Under the pieces are notes generated by a model. It did not search any database. It was not told the DNA's origin and worked only from the letters and a program-made list of their open reading frames with translations. Positions 1-8,493 of a stretch of DNA of 64,000 nucleotides are shown one piece after another (position 1 is the stretch's first letter; each line of letters begins with the position of its first letter). The stretch lies in IMG/VR virus record IMGVR_UViG_3300032820_000003, positions 21,064 through 85,063 of that record, one strand, 5' to 3'. A program made the position numbers and the translations under genes. Origin of the DNA: a virus.

Positions 1-174
1 GACTGGACACTCCCAACCTGTAAATTCAGCACATGCTCCACACATACCATCTACATGTTCATGTTCATATGCTCCACAGCATCCACTAACTGGATCAGCA
101 TGATAGCCATCTACGCAATCCATCATCTGTGCGTAGTCAGCTTCTTCCTGTTCGTATTGTTCATCAGTCAACAT
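1..174 (-). CDS. Small Cys-rich phage protein, runs off the window edge
   Basis: Manual translation MLTDEQYEQEEADYAQMMDCVDGYHADPVSGCCGAYEHEHVDGMCGACAEFTGWECPV; SxCCGA...CxxC motif; starts just after the upstream stop. Confidence 0.7.
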   Translation of the reverse strand, partial: MLTDEQYEQEEADYAQMMDCVDGYHADPVSGCCGAYEHEHVDGMCGACAEFTGWECPV

Positions 175-175
175 A

Positions 176-499
176 TTAAGACTCCACTTGTATATTAGAA
201 TATCTACCGTCTTGACTTGCTCCCCCCTGTATACACCAAGCATCAAACTTCTCAGGACTTCCGTAAGTAACAACTGGAAGTTCATTATATATAAACTCAC
301 ATATGTTCCTAAGTCTAAGTACATGATTACTGTCTGCTCTACCTACAGCACCCATTAAATCATTCTCTAATACTTTCTGTAGGAATCCACCTGTAGCAAT
401 CCCATACTCAAAGTATCTTTGGAATGCCCCCTTACAACATTCACAATCTAACTTATCGTAATCTAACTTTTCTATATATGTTGGAAAGTTCGTAACCAT
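176..499 (-). CDS. Conserved phage hypothetical protein
   Basis: GGFLQKVLENDLMGAVGRAD motif resembles a common phage family; GGAG RBS. Confidence 0.75.
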   Translation of the reverse strand: MVTNFPTYIEKLDYDKLDCECCKGAFQRYFEYGIATGGFLQKVLENDLMGAVGRADSNHVLRLRNICEFIYNELPVVTYGSPEKFDAWCIQGGASQDGRYSNIQVES

Positions 500-502
500 T
501 AT

Positions 503-733
503 CTATCTCCCATATTTGTATAGACTTGCTTTCGTTTCGACCTGAGAAAATCTTAACACAGTCTCAAAACTGGTGTCAAGTTCTTTGCTTTTTCGTAACT
601 CTTTTTCTTTTATATCTTTAGCTTTCTTTTCTAAGATACGTTCTATATTACGAACTGACTTTCTATTATCAGTTTTAAAAGACTTTCTTTTTTTAAGTTT
701 CCTATCTCTAGATAACCAATCTCTAGCCATCAA
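503..733 (-). CDS. Small basic protein with WxxRDRK motif
   Basis: Lys/Arg-rich; AGGAG RBS; similar N-terminus to 8612-8800. Confidence 0.65.
   Translation of the reverse strand: MMARDWLSRDRKLKKRKSFKTDNRKSVRNIERILEKKAKDIKEKELRKSKELDTSFETVLRFSQVETKASLYKYGR
550..579 (-). promoter_or_regulatory. Sigma70-type early promoter
   Basis: TTGACA-18 bp-TAAGAT with extended TG; TCGA 9 nt downstream. Confidence 0.75.
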
Positions 734-1025
734 TATCTCCTTCTGTAAATAGGTGGGGTTGTCCCCCTGTGATTATTAGTACCGCTTCCTGACCTAAGTC
801 TAACATATATTGGGCAAGGTTGCCAAGTATTTCAGAATAGTCCTCTACACTAAATATTTCATGTATACTAACAGACTCTTCTTCACCTCTCCATACTCCT
901 GTAGCTGTATAGATAGTCCCACCATTTTTCATGAGTTGCTCATAATACTCATAGTCTTTTAGGCTATCCATTAAAACTGTTGGAATATAAACTTTGTATT
1001 GTATTGGAAGTATCTCAATGTGCAT
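723..1025 (-). CDS. Hypothetical protein, possibly DUF3574/PII-like fold
   Basis: GGTIYTATGVW...LGQEAVLI pattern; start moved to MHIE after the AGGGAG RBS. Confidence 0.6.
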   Translation of the reverse strand: MHIEILPIQYKVYIPTVLMDSLKDYEYYEQLMKNGGTIYTATGVWRGEEESVSIHEIFSVEDYSEILGNLAQYMLDLGQEAVLIITGGQPHLFTEGDIDG

Positions 1026-1058
1026 ATACGTTCTCCCTGTTCTGCTCGATTTGCTCAA

Positions 1059-1088
1059 AGCATATCAAAGTTTTCAGACAGTTGTCAA
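1059..1088 (-). promoter_or_regulatory. Sigma70-type early promoter
   Basis: TTGACA-18 bp-TATGCT with extended TG; TCGA 9 nt downstream. Confidence 0.75.
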
Positions 1089-1258
1089 GTTATCCACAAA
1101 CTGCCCATATAAACATAACTAGAAAGAAGAGTATAACAGCAGGAAGTATACTATGTTTCTTTTCGTTCATACAGCCCCCTTATATTAAGTACAGTATCTA
1201 TACTTAGCTTTCCTATATACTCTTCTCTATGGGGCTTGTAGACCCCTTCATAGCTAAT

Positions 1259-1387
1259 CTATTTAATGACCTTCAATTCAAAATTACAGTTTTCGCAATC
1301 CAATAAGTTCCCTGAGTATTTACTAGGCTTGTCGCCTTTAACAGGTTTCTTATATTCAGTACAAAACTTATTAGGACATTGATACAT
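1259..1387 (-). CDS. 42-aa zinc-ribbon protein, not in the ORF track
   Basis: MYQCPNKFC...LLDCENCNFELKVIK; Cx4C and CxxC pairs. Confidence 0.6.
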   Translation of the reverse strand: MYQCPNKFCTEYKKPVKGDKPSKYSGNLLDCENCNFELKVIK

Positions 1388-1398
1388 TTTCTCAGCTT

Positions 1399-1647
1399 TT
1401 ACTTTTGCCATTGTTCTGTCACCTCACTTGGTACAGTATACAGTTCATCAGGGAAGTTGTAAAGTTCATCTCGTAGATATTTCATATCAGAGATATTACT
1501 AACTTCTCTATATGGACTTGGAACTTTTTCAAGTTCTTTAATTGCATAGAATAAAGCCTGTCCTAGAATGTAGTTTCCTCTAAGACTCTCTGCAAACGCT
1601 ATAGCTTTATCCAGTTCTTTTGTACTAGTCGTTGTATTTCTAGCCAT
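1399..1647 (-). CDS. Phage hypothetical protein
   Basis: AAGGAG RBS; fits the packed minus-strand operon. Confidence 0.75.
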   Translation of the reverse strand: MARNTTTSTKELDKAIAFAESLRGNYILGQALFYAIKELEKVPSPYREVSNISDMKYLRDELYNFPDELYTVPSEVTEQWQK

Positions 1648-1767
1648 TATAATCTCCTTTGATTATATGGACAAGGAACGGTGGCATGGCTCTCTGGCAC
1701 TCCTACCGCACAACTGCCGTCCCTTCCTTTTTAGTAAAGTTGTCTTACTACCTTGCCCATGTAAGTT

Positions 1768-1998
1768 CTAATAATTTAATATATCTTGGGCTTGAGGAAT
1801 GTAGTCATCCTCTAGTCTCTGGGCAGAGTCAACTGCATCATCAATATAATTTAAGGCAGTCTCTAAAGTAGCATTAGCATCTTCTATGTTAGAGATAACT
1901 TCTTCTATGTCATCTTTCTTGTATCCAAGATTTCTAATATTCTCTTCTGCATCTTGCATTACATTTCTCAACTCTTCTGCAAAACTTGAGTAGTCCAT
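1768..1998 (-). CDS. Acidic coiled-coil hypothetical protein
   Basis: AAGGAG RBS; helical heptad pattern. Confidence 0.75.
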   Translation of the reverse strand: MDYSSFAEELRNVMQDAEENIRNLGYKKDDIEEVISNIEDANATLETALNYIDDAVDSAQRLEDDYIPQAQDILNY

Positions 1999-2037
1999 TT
2001 AATTCTCCTTATTGAACTTGTTTTTCGATCTCGTTAA

Positions 2038-2067
2038 ATCGTACCATGTGGGTCTTGCCCTTGTCAA
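2038..2067 (-). promoter_or_regulatory. Sigma70-type early promoter
   Basis: TTGACA-18 bp-TACGAT with extended TG; TCGA 9 nt downstream. Confidence 0.75.
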
Positions 2068-2549
2068 CCGTAGGCACATTCTCCACATTTCATACCACCA
2101 AATACTCTATCGTCATCAGGTTTATATTCTCCACACTCCCCACATAATGTACTTCTAAGATAGTCTGTAATATCAAACCATTGGCTTGTATCTACTATCC
2201 ATTGATCTACACCTGTACCATTCACATCATCTATATCTCTTTCTATAGGATACAATACTATATGGGGTTTAGTATTTGGATTCGGGATACAGTCTACACC
2301 CTCTCCATGATACAGACAATTCTCATCTTCATCCATCCATATATTTATATCTATACAGTCTGTACAATCTTCGGGGTGGTCACTTGTATGTAGACTACCC
2401 CACCAATCACTTTCCCTACCACCATCTTCCCATCTATAATATTCATCTACTAGTGTAAGCATATCAATATATTTAGGTAACCATCCAGTATCTTGTTCTT
2501 TTAAATCGTCAACTGTTGGCGAATAGGTATAAGTATTATTTACTACCAA
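2064..2549 (-). CDS. Acidic hypothetical protein with C-terminal Zn finger
   Basis: CGEC...CGEC at the C-terminus; ends in TGA. Confidence 0.7.
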   Translation of the reverse strand: MVVNNTYTYSPTVDDLKEQDTGWLPKYIDMLTLVDEYYRWEDGGRESDWWGSLHTSDHPEDCTDCIDINIWMDEDENCLYHGEGVDCIPNPNTKPHIVLYPIERDIDDVNGTGVDQWIVDTSQWFDITDYLRSTLCGECGEYKPDDDRVFGGMKCGECAYG

Positions 2550-2947
2550 GGTAGGTCATCTCCTTCTTCTATTTGTGCATCACTATATGTATCAGCATTG
2601 TAATCTGTTATAGCTACGGCTTCTCGTTCTAATGGAAGCTGAGTGCTATAGCATTTATCGTAGGCATCTTTAACTTCATTCATAGTAATAGGAGTTTCAA
2701 TAGGTTCGCTACCTAGAGTCTTAAACTCTACACTAGCTAGTTTCCTAATGGCTTTACTAGTCTCCCATACAGTTTCTACTAGTTCTTTGGCTTCTTTTAA
2801 ACCAATCCCAAACTCTGCTCTAACATGTTTAATAGTATTAATCTTGTTGACCATAGCTACATCATGATCTTCTATAAAGCTGTATATCTCAGCAGAAGTT
2901 ATCTGTGGGTAGGTTATAGTTACTTCTCTAGTCTCTTGAATAATCAT
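2543..2947 (-). CDS. Protein with a ribosomal L7/L12 C-terminal-like domain
   Basis: NKINTIKHVRAEFGIGLKEAKELVE matches the bL12 CTD signature; start moved to MIIQ after AAGGAG. Confidence 0.75.
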   Translation of the reverse strand: MIIQETREVTITYPQITSAEIYSFIEDHDVAMVNKINTIKHVRAEFGIGLKEAKELVETVWETSKAIRKLASVEFKTLGSEPIETPITMNEVKDAYDKCYSTQLPLEREAVAITDYNADTYSDAQIEEGDDLPW

Positions 2948-2948
2948 T

Positions 2949-3155
2949 CTAATTCTCTCCTTGTACTGTTGAATATTTGCTCTCCGAATCAATTGCTGAC
3001 AGTATAGCATCCGTAAACTGGTCTTTGCAAGTCCTGTCCGAACAACAATAAACTAAATCATTACCTAGTTTTATTGTGGTTACTGTTGTCCAGTTACAGA
3101 CTACACACTTACCAAACTTATTACTAACCATACTTGTACCATTTCTCATATGCAT
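2949..3155 (-). CDS. Small Zn-binding protein (TRASH-like)
   Basis: CVVC...YCCSDRTC; AGGAG RBS. Confidence 0.65.
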   Translation of the reverse strand: MHMRNGTSMVSNKFGKCVVCNWTTVTTIKLGNDLVYCCSDRTCKDQFTDAILSAIDSESKYSTVQGEN

Positions 3156-3192
3156 CTCCTATATGAATGTGGGTTTTGCTCGACTCAAGTGA

Positions 3193-3222
3193 ATCTTAGC
3201 ACAGTCTGAAAACTGCTGTCAA
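3193..3222 (-). promoter_or_regulatory. Sigma70-type early promoter
   Basis: TTGACA-18 bp-TAAGAT with extended TG; TCGA 9 nt downstream. Confidence 0.75.
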
Positions 3223-3226
3223 CCCC

Positions 3227-3424
3227 TTAGTTATATGCTTCATACTCCTTATGGTGAATCTTCCAGTAAGCTGTTAACTTTTTACAGGCATCATTATAAT
3301 CTTGTATCTCCTGTACTATTGTGCTTGGTAATGTAACCACCTCACAGTCAGGATTTACGCAGACATAGAAACCATCCTCAAAGTCTAGTATCCCACTACA
3401 CATACATATAGCTTCAGTAGTCAT
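3227..3424 (-). CDS. Zinc-ribbon protein
   Basis: CMC...YVCVNPDC; TAATG coupling to the upstream gene. Confidence 0.65.
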   Translation of the reverse strand: MTTEAICMCSGILDFEDGFYVCVNPDCEVVTLPSTIVQEIQDYNDACKKLTAYWKIHHKEYEAYN

Positions 3425-4068
3425 TATAGATACCCTGCCATCTCTACACCTTCTTCCCTATAGAACCAACTAATAGTAAGGTCAGGAAACTTGTCTACTA
3501 AGAAAGCATGAATACCTTCAGGTGGACACCATGCAGTATCAAAATCATATCTTAAATAGTCATCGTCATCTTCCAACCAAACATCACTAACATCCCATTT
3601 AGTTCCCCAATTTTCATATGACCAATCATACCAGTTATTAAATCCAAATGTATTTATAAGATAGTCTGAATATTCTCTAGTCATAGCTTGTGATATAATT
3701 TGTTTTGCAAATGCACTACCAGTATCATCTTCTCTGCTTTTAATATATTCATCTAGTTCTTCCTGTGTCTCATAGATTCTAGCAGGAGAAGTTGTATGTT
3801 CTAACTCTTTAGGCATAGGTAATATAGAACGGAAGCTAAACTCGCTCCGCTTTTTATCGCAAGTGTCTAGGAATTCCTCTTCCCCACAATAGTCGGGATT
3901 AGATTTATATTCTCCCCAAGGTGGTTCTGTAGCATCTTTATTGACTACCCATATCTCTTGTCTACCACACTTGTCATGATACCATTCACCATAACAATAC
4001 TCTTTAAATTCTTTTAGCTTATCTTCATCACCAAATACGGTAACTTCATTCTGACACCAGTTCGGCAT
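3424..4068 (-). CDS. DUF1281 / YubB ferredoxin-like domain protein
   Basis: MPNWCxN N-terminus, WYDW..ENWGTKWD and FDTAWCPP motifs. Confidence 0.85.
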   Translation of the reverse strand: MPNWCQNEVTVFGDEDKLKEFKEYCYGEWYHDKCGRQEIWVVNKDATEPPWGEYKSNPDYCGEEEFLDTCDKKRSEFSFRSILPMPKELEHTTSPARIYETQEELDEYIKSREDDTGSAFAKQIISQAMTREYSDYLINTFGFNNWYDWSYENWGTKWDVSDVWLEDDDDYLRYDFDTAWCPPEGIHAFLVDKFPDLTISWFYREEGVEMAGYL

Positions 4069-4300
4069 TACTATCCTCCTTTAATCCAAAGGGATCATCT
4101 AGATCAATGAACCCATCTACTATGTCTTGACTATATATTTGTATTACTATTCTATAACATTTTATGTGAACGAACCTTTCGATTGGATCACCGTCTCTAC
4201 AATCTATCCAGTCTTTCTCTATTAAGACAGTCTGTAAACCATAGGCTTCGCCCTCTCCTATTGTTTCATTACACATATCACATATTAAATTAATAGACAT
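4046..4300 (-). CDS. Hypothetical protein (CxxC...HxxC)
   Basis: CDMC and HIKC; operon packing. Confidence 0.65.
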   Translation of the reverse strand: MSINLICDMCNETIGEGEAYGLQTVLIEKDWIDCRDGDPIERFVHIKCYRIVIQIYSQDIVDGFIDLDDPFGLKEDSNAELVSE

Positions 4301-4621
4301 TTACTCTTCTCCATACTCCCCCAATCCTTGGGGAAAACTATACTCTTCTTCTTTAGTAGTGGCATTAACATACTGCTCTCTACTAACCACTTCGTAATCG
4401 GTAAACTCCCAATCTTCGTGAACAGAGTCTACACCATAATCCCATGTCAGGTCAAATAGATCAAAGTCAGAGTTTTGAACTTTCTCTATTGAACCGTCCA
4501 TATACATTTCATATCCTTTAGGGTTTCCTTCTTCATCAAATATATGTGGGAAATTTTCACTATCTATATAACTGTAGTAGGTTGCCAAACTAGTGGCTCT
4601 AACCCTATAATACTTTCCCAT
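4301..4621 (-). CDS. Acidic hypothetical protein
   Basis: GGAGG RBS; abuts neighbouring genes. Confidence 0.7.
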   Translation of the reverse strand: MGKYYRVRATSLATYYSYIDSENFPHIFDEEGNPKGYEMYMDGSIEKVQNSDFDLFDLTWDYGVDSVHEDWEFTDYEVVSREQYVNATTKEEEYSFPQGLGEYGEE

Positions 4622-4622
4622 A

Positions 4623-4835
4623 TTAATCCTCCAATAAATCTAACATGGCATCCATGTCTTCTTCCCTCTCAGTTTCTCGTAACCAAGAAAAGGCATGATC
4701 TTCCATAGATTCTTCAAAGTCTTGTTTTAATGCTTCTTGTGAATAATCACCGTTAATTAAATCTGTGATTATTTCTACCCATTCACTTTCACTAGTAATC
4801 CATTCAGCTACTAGTTCATGTGTTGCCTGTACCAT
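4623..4835 (-). CDS. Acidic hypothetical protein
   Basis: AAGGAG RBS. Confidence 0.7.
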   Translation of the reverse strand: MVQATHELVAEWITSESEWVEIITDLINGDYSQEALKQDFEESMEDHAFSWLRETEREEDMDAMLDLLED

Positions 4836-4846
4836 ACTATTCTCCT

Positions 4847-5047
4847 TTATCCGAATATCTTTGTTTTAGGTGTATTCATTTCTAGAAACTCTCCCCATTG
4901 TCTTGCGAAAGTCTCAGGGTTGTGTCTCCAATATTCTTTCATACCATCTATAGCTACTTCTTTAAAAGAATCAGGAAGTCCCTCAGATGCTTGGATTTCA
5001 TGATCTATAAAGTAATTAGCTAATATTGTCATTGCTTCATCAGTCAT
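4847..5047 (-). CDS. Hypothetical protein
   Basis: GAGG RBS; operon packing. Confidence 0.65.
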   Translation of the reverse strand: MTDEAMTILANYFIDHEIQASEGLPDSFKEVAIDGMKEYWRHNPETFARQWGEFLEMNTPKTKIFG

Positions 5048-5189
5048 TTATAACCTCTTTCTTTACATTTATAATCGCTTCTATAACTTGTCTTAATTTA
5101 TACATCCTACTTTCTAAATGTTTAATGTTCTGTTCAATAGATTCTAATTCTTCGATTACTTCTAAGATTTCATCTTCAACAGTTTTCAT
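5040..5189 (-). CDS. 49-aa coiled-coil protein, not in the ORF track
   Basis: MKTVEDEILEVIEELESIEQNIKHLE...; GGAGG RBS directly after a promoter. Confidence 0.65.
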   Translation of the reverse strand: MKTVEDEILEVIEELESIEQNIKHLESRMYKLRQVIEAIINVKKEVIND

Positions 5190-5201
5190 TCGTCCTCCGT
5201 T

Positions 5202-5231
5202 ATTATATGACAGTCGTTAAAGAACTGTCAA
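5202..5231 (-). promoter_or_regulatory. Sigma70-type early promoter with an internal inverted repeat
   Basis: TTGACA-18 bp-TATAAT; TGACAGT...ACTGTCA inverted repeat spans the -35 box and spacer. Confidence 0.8.
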
Positions 5232-5233
5232 GG

Positions 5234-5557
5234 TTAGTTGAGATTTTTACGGTAAGGGTATCCTGATATCCAAGGTCTACTTTCACCAGTTCTAAAATTC
5301 ATTTCTTCAACTGTGCCTAGTTTAAAAGGGTCTTTCTCAGATTCAATCTTTGCGTCTTTAAAAATATTATAGGCTTCTTCAGTTGCAAACATTTGAAAAA
5401 ATGATGCTACTGTAGAATCAATTAACCAATCAGGTAATCCATAAGGTAGTTGATTACGAAAGGCACGACAAGCTAGACTAAAATGATCAGGAAAAAAATC
5501 CCTTAACATCTCAATCCACTCCTCCATTTCATTTGGGTTCTCCATTTCGTATGCCAT
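5234..5557 (-). CDS. Hypothetical protein
   Basis: Start moved to MAYEM after AGGAG. Confidence 0.65.
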   Translation of the reverse strand: MAYEMENPNEMEEWIEMLRDFFPDHFSLACRAFRNQLPYGLPDWLIDSTVASFFQMFATEEAYNIFKDAKIESEKDPFKLGTVEEMNFRTGESRPWISGYPYRKNLN

Positions 5558-5650
5558 GTTATATCTCCTAAATAAATAAAGAGGGGACTTACAATAACTG
5601 ATGTACTCAAACCTATGCATCGGTACAGTTATATGCCCGCTCTTATTTTA

Positions 5651-5660
5651 TATTATACTA
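5651..5660 (-). promoter_or_regulatory. TAGTATAATA putative phage-specific promoter
   Basis: Exact copy of the recurring intergenic motif; no TTGACA upstream. Confidence 0.5.
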
Positions 5661-6713
5661 TTTTACAAATGAGAAGGCAGTTTGGAAAGCCCTAGCTTTC
5701 GTCTCTGCTCTCATGCCAAATAGGGCAGTAGAAGAATCTTTATGACCCTTCCTATAGTCTTCTGTTTCTACAACAGCTTGCCATATCGCCCAAGGAGTAT
5801 TAGCTAGGTTAGAGTGTTCTTCATTAAAGATATGGAATCTATCTCTTGCTCCATCTCTAATAGTCTTAACTCTATCCTGTCTTCGCTCCCACTCTTCTAC
5901 TAAGTCTTTACGATCCAGTAAAAGATTTGTCCACACTTCTTTAGGTACATCATCAGCAGTAATCTGATTTGATATAGTTAGTCTGCGTGGCTTTGATGCA
6001 TCAGGGTATGCACTTGTCAATACCTTTTCTACATCCTTCTCTTCAATTGTAACGGTAGCTAGAGAATCCATCATTGGAATAACTGTCTCTTTAGCTGATA
6101 CCATTTTATTAAACAGACCCATGAACCACTCAGCATCTTTCTCAATGTTTCGTGTATGAGTAAGTCTAACATTTACTTTAGCAGATGACAGACCTGATGT
6201 CAATGTATTCTGACATACTACTCGTACTGGAGTAAAAGCCATTTGTAATGACCCCACACCTGTTCGATGATCTGTTACTAAGTAGTAGAGGTTATGGTCT
6301 TCCCCTGCTATCTTAGACTCTCCTGCATCAAGAGTCATAAATATCTGCTCCCCATAACCTAACGCTCCTATAGTTTCTACAGGATATTGTTCGGTAATTG
6401 GGTCTAGCATTTTTGCTAGAGTCTTAGTCTGTATAGGAGTCCACTCCTTACCTACTATAGATAGTATCCGATGAATAGGATCATCGTCTACAGGTTCTCT
6501 AACAACTGCAAAGTTTCCTGTAGCTATAACATCTGTTGACCCATCCTCATTTTCTATATGAGCATAAGCAGGATGTTTATCAATAGAGAAATCTATCTTT
6601 GCTCTCTCTACTGCCTGTGTCATAGTTAGGGGTTCATCAAAGACTTCTCCTAATCTATGCCATGCTGGTTCTCTTCTTCCTAAGAACCTATCTCCAAATA
6701 TACTTGCTGGCAT
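5658..6713 (-). CDS. DUF932 family phage/plasmid-like protein
   Basis: REPAWHRLG, ETIGALGYG and TPVRVVCQNTL motifs. Confidence 0.9.
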   Translation of the reverse strand: MPASIFGDRFLGRREPAWHRLGEVFDEPLTMTQAVERAKIDFSIDKHPAYAHIENEDGSTDVIATGNFAVVREPVDDDPIHRILSIVGKEWTPIQTKTLAKMLDPITEQYPVETIGALGYGEQIFMTLDAGESKIAGEDHNLYYLVTDHRTGVGSLQMAFTPVRVVCQNTLTSGLSSAKVNVRLTHTRNIEKDAEWFMGLFNKMVSAKETVIPMMDSLATVTIEEKDVEKVLTSAYPDASKPRRLTISNQITADDVPKEVWTNLLLDRKDLVEEWERRQDRVKTIRDGARDRFHIFNEEHSNLANTPWAIWQAVVETEDYRKGHKDSSTALFGMRAETKARAFQTAFSFVK

Positions 6714-6761
6714 TAGTACCTCCTTATTTATACGGTTGCCTTCTTTTTTCGACTTGCCCCA

Positions 6762-6790
6762 AGTTTAACGCAATCATTAAACCTTGTCAA
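6762..6790 (-). promoter_or_regulatory. Sigma70-type early promoter
   Basis: TTGACA-17 bp-TAAACT; TCGA 9 nt downstream. Confidence 0.7.
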
Positions 6791-6974
6791 GTAACTCTTC
6801 ACTCACTTGTTTTATCGCTATTGTTTCTCTTTTAATCTCTATAGTTTCAACAAGTAGTTCAACACTTACTTGTAATATATCTTTAGAGACTACGTATATT
6901 CTATAGTTAATCCAACTAATGTATATCATTAAGATGAATGTTACAAATAGAACTACAAGAATTAAACTATCCAT
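6777..6974 (-). CDS. Small membrane-anchored protein
   Basis: N-terminal hydrophobic helix. Confidence 0.65.
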   Translation of the reverse strand: MDSLILVVLFVTFILMIYISWINYRIYVVSKDILQVSVELLVETIEIKRETIAIKQVSEELLDKV

Positions 6975-7167
6975 ATATATCTATTAACCTCTTCGGCTGT
7001 TGATGTTGATCAGGATCAATTAAATGTAAACTAATATGTAAGTAATCATCTTCTATATCCCAATTATAATCCCAAGCATCTCCTATTGCTTTTATTAAAT
7101 ACGTATCTAATCCATCTAAAAAAGCATCTAATTTTGGTGACTCACTATCTCTATACTTATCTTTCAT
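6967..7167 (-). CDS. Hypothetical protein
   Basis: GAGG RBS; operon packing. Confidence 0.65.
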   Translation of the reverse strand: MKDKYRDSESPKLDAFLDGLDTYLIKAIGDAWDYNWDIEDDYLHISLHLIDPDQHQQPKRLIDIYG

Positions 7168-7168
7168 A

Positions 7169-7501
7169 CTAAACCTCTAAATTTACTAACTGAAGTTGAA
7201 CTCCATGTTCTTCTATTGTTTCATATAATTTTTGTTCTATGGGATTTAAATCGTCCCATGTAATAAATTCTAAGTCTTGTGACAGCACAAAGATATTTTT
7301 ACCGTAGGCATTAATAGCTGATACATTAAAATCTGAATCATGTTCATAGTCAGGAAATTCATCCACAGCTTGTTCTAATATTAGTAGTGGGAAATGTGAA
7401 ACATCTAACCATCCTATATCTGACCACACTCCATAATATTCATCTAATTCTTCATGCACAAGAGATCGAGCAAATGTTCTACTTTGTAAGGATTGCTTCA
7501 T
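7169..7501 (-). CDS. Acidic hypothetical protein
   Basis: Overlaps the upstream gene end; operon packing. Confidence 0.65.
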   Translation of the reverse strand: MKQSLQSRTFARSLVHEELDEYYGVWSDIGWLDVSHFPLLILEQAVDEFPDYEHDSDFNVSAINAYGKNIFVLSQDLEFITWDDLNPIEQKLYETIEEHGVQLQLVNLEV

Positions 7502-7949
7502 TCTCTTCCTCCTTTAGAGTACCATCTTCAAACTCCTTTATCTCTGAGTTAATTATAAATCTTGCTTGGTCTTCTACTGACTCCCCAACCTTCCGTAAAA
7601 ACTTTACATTAGAAAGGGCAGTTACATTTGTTGATAAACCAATGTGTAAAAAGATTTCTTTTAAAGATGGATTACGATCTTTTAATACTTTACCATCGTC
7701 AGTTTTCCCACCTGTTAGAAAACATATCCCTGCCTGTTCTAACATTTTATATCTACGATGGACATCTCTATAATTCTTTTTAGTAATCCTGCTAACTCCG
7801 ATAGACATACTTCCCCAAATTAATACATCTGTAATAGGGTTAAGCCTAACTCGGTCAGGATGAACGATACCTTTTTCATCTATGGTATCAGGAATAAAAC
7901 ATAATTGTTTAAAATCTTCAATATTGGATACGTCCCAATTTAACGACAT
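7479..7949 (-). CDS. Conserved phage hypothetical protein
   Basis: MSLNWD...LNPITDVLIW...HIGLSTNV; AAGGAGG RBS. Confidence 0.75.
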   Translation of the reverse strand: MSLNWDVSNIEDFKQLCFIPDTIDEKGIVHPDRVRLNPITDVLIWGSMSIGVSRITKKNYRDVHRRYKMLEQAGICFLTGGKTDDGKVLKDRNPSLKEIFLHIGLSTNVTALSNVKFLRKVGESVEDQARFIINSEIKEFEDGTLKEEENEAILTK

Positions 7950-7978
7950 AATATCCTCCTTTTCTTTTCTGTGCGTTA

Positions 7979-8008
7979 ATTATAACACAGTCTTAAACTT
8001 AGTGTCAA
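7979..8008 (-). promoter_or_regulatory. Sigma70-type early promoter
   Basis: TTGACA-18 bp-TATAAT with extended TG. Confidence 0.85.
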
Positions 8009-8012
8009 GGGT

Positions 8013-8040
8013 AAAAAATATCCCCCTAGGAAGGGGGTAT
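8013..8040 (-). terminator. Rho-independent terminator
   Basis: CCCCCT-TCCT-AGGGGG hairpin followed by ATATTTTTT on the minus strand. Confidence 0.75.
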
Positions 8041-8046
8041 GAATTT

Positions 8047-8493
8047 TTAGAGTTCTGTATTTAAACCCTGTAATAATTTCTCAGCTATACTATCATTCAT
8101 TGTTTGTGTATATGAGGATTCATGTAGACACTTAGCTATCTTTCTTTTTAAATTATAACCTACTGGCTCTTCTCCAATTTTAACATATGATTGAGCCACT
8201 TCTCTCATTGCCAATAAATCACTTGTACTAAATTTTACTTCAGCTTCTTTACCTTCATTTTTAGGATCGGTTGTAAATAATACAGCATGTCCAATTCTTT
8301 CTATAAAATCATATGGAACTGCGATCCCGGCTGAAGGACTAACTCCTCTCATAGTAAGAGGGGGTTTACCTTCCCCGTCCATGTCGATCATTATACTGCA
8401 ACTGTCGTCTAAGTACAATGCTTCATTTCGGGTTAAGTAAAGCGTATGATAACTTTCATTCTCTATAAGATCAAGAAATTCATCTTCCATCAA
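8047..8493 (-). CDS. Hypothetical protein
   Basis: GGAGGTG RBS. Confidence 0.75.
   Translation of the reverse strand: MMEDEFLDLIENESYHTLYLTRNEALYLDDSCSIMIDMDGEGKPPLTMRGVSPSAGIAVPYDFIERIGHAVLFTTDPKNEGKEAEVKFSTSDLLAMREVAQSYVKIGEEPVGYNLKRKIAKCLHESSYTQTMNDSIAEKLLQGLNTEL

Noticed and set aside
1667-1760. Cobalamin riboswitch
   Set aside because: Only loose fragments resemble the B12 box, the conserved core order is absent, and it is not upstream of nrdJ
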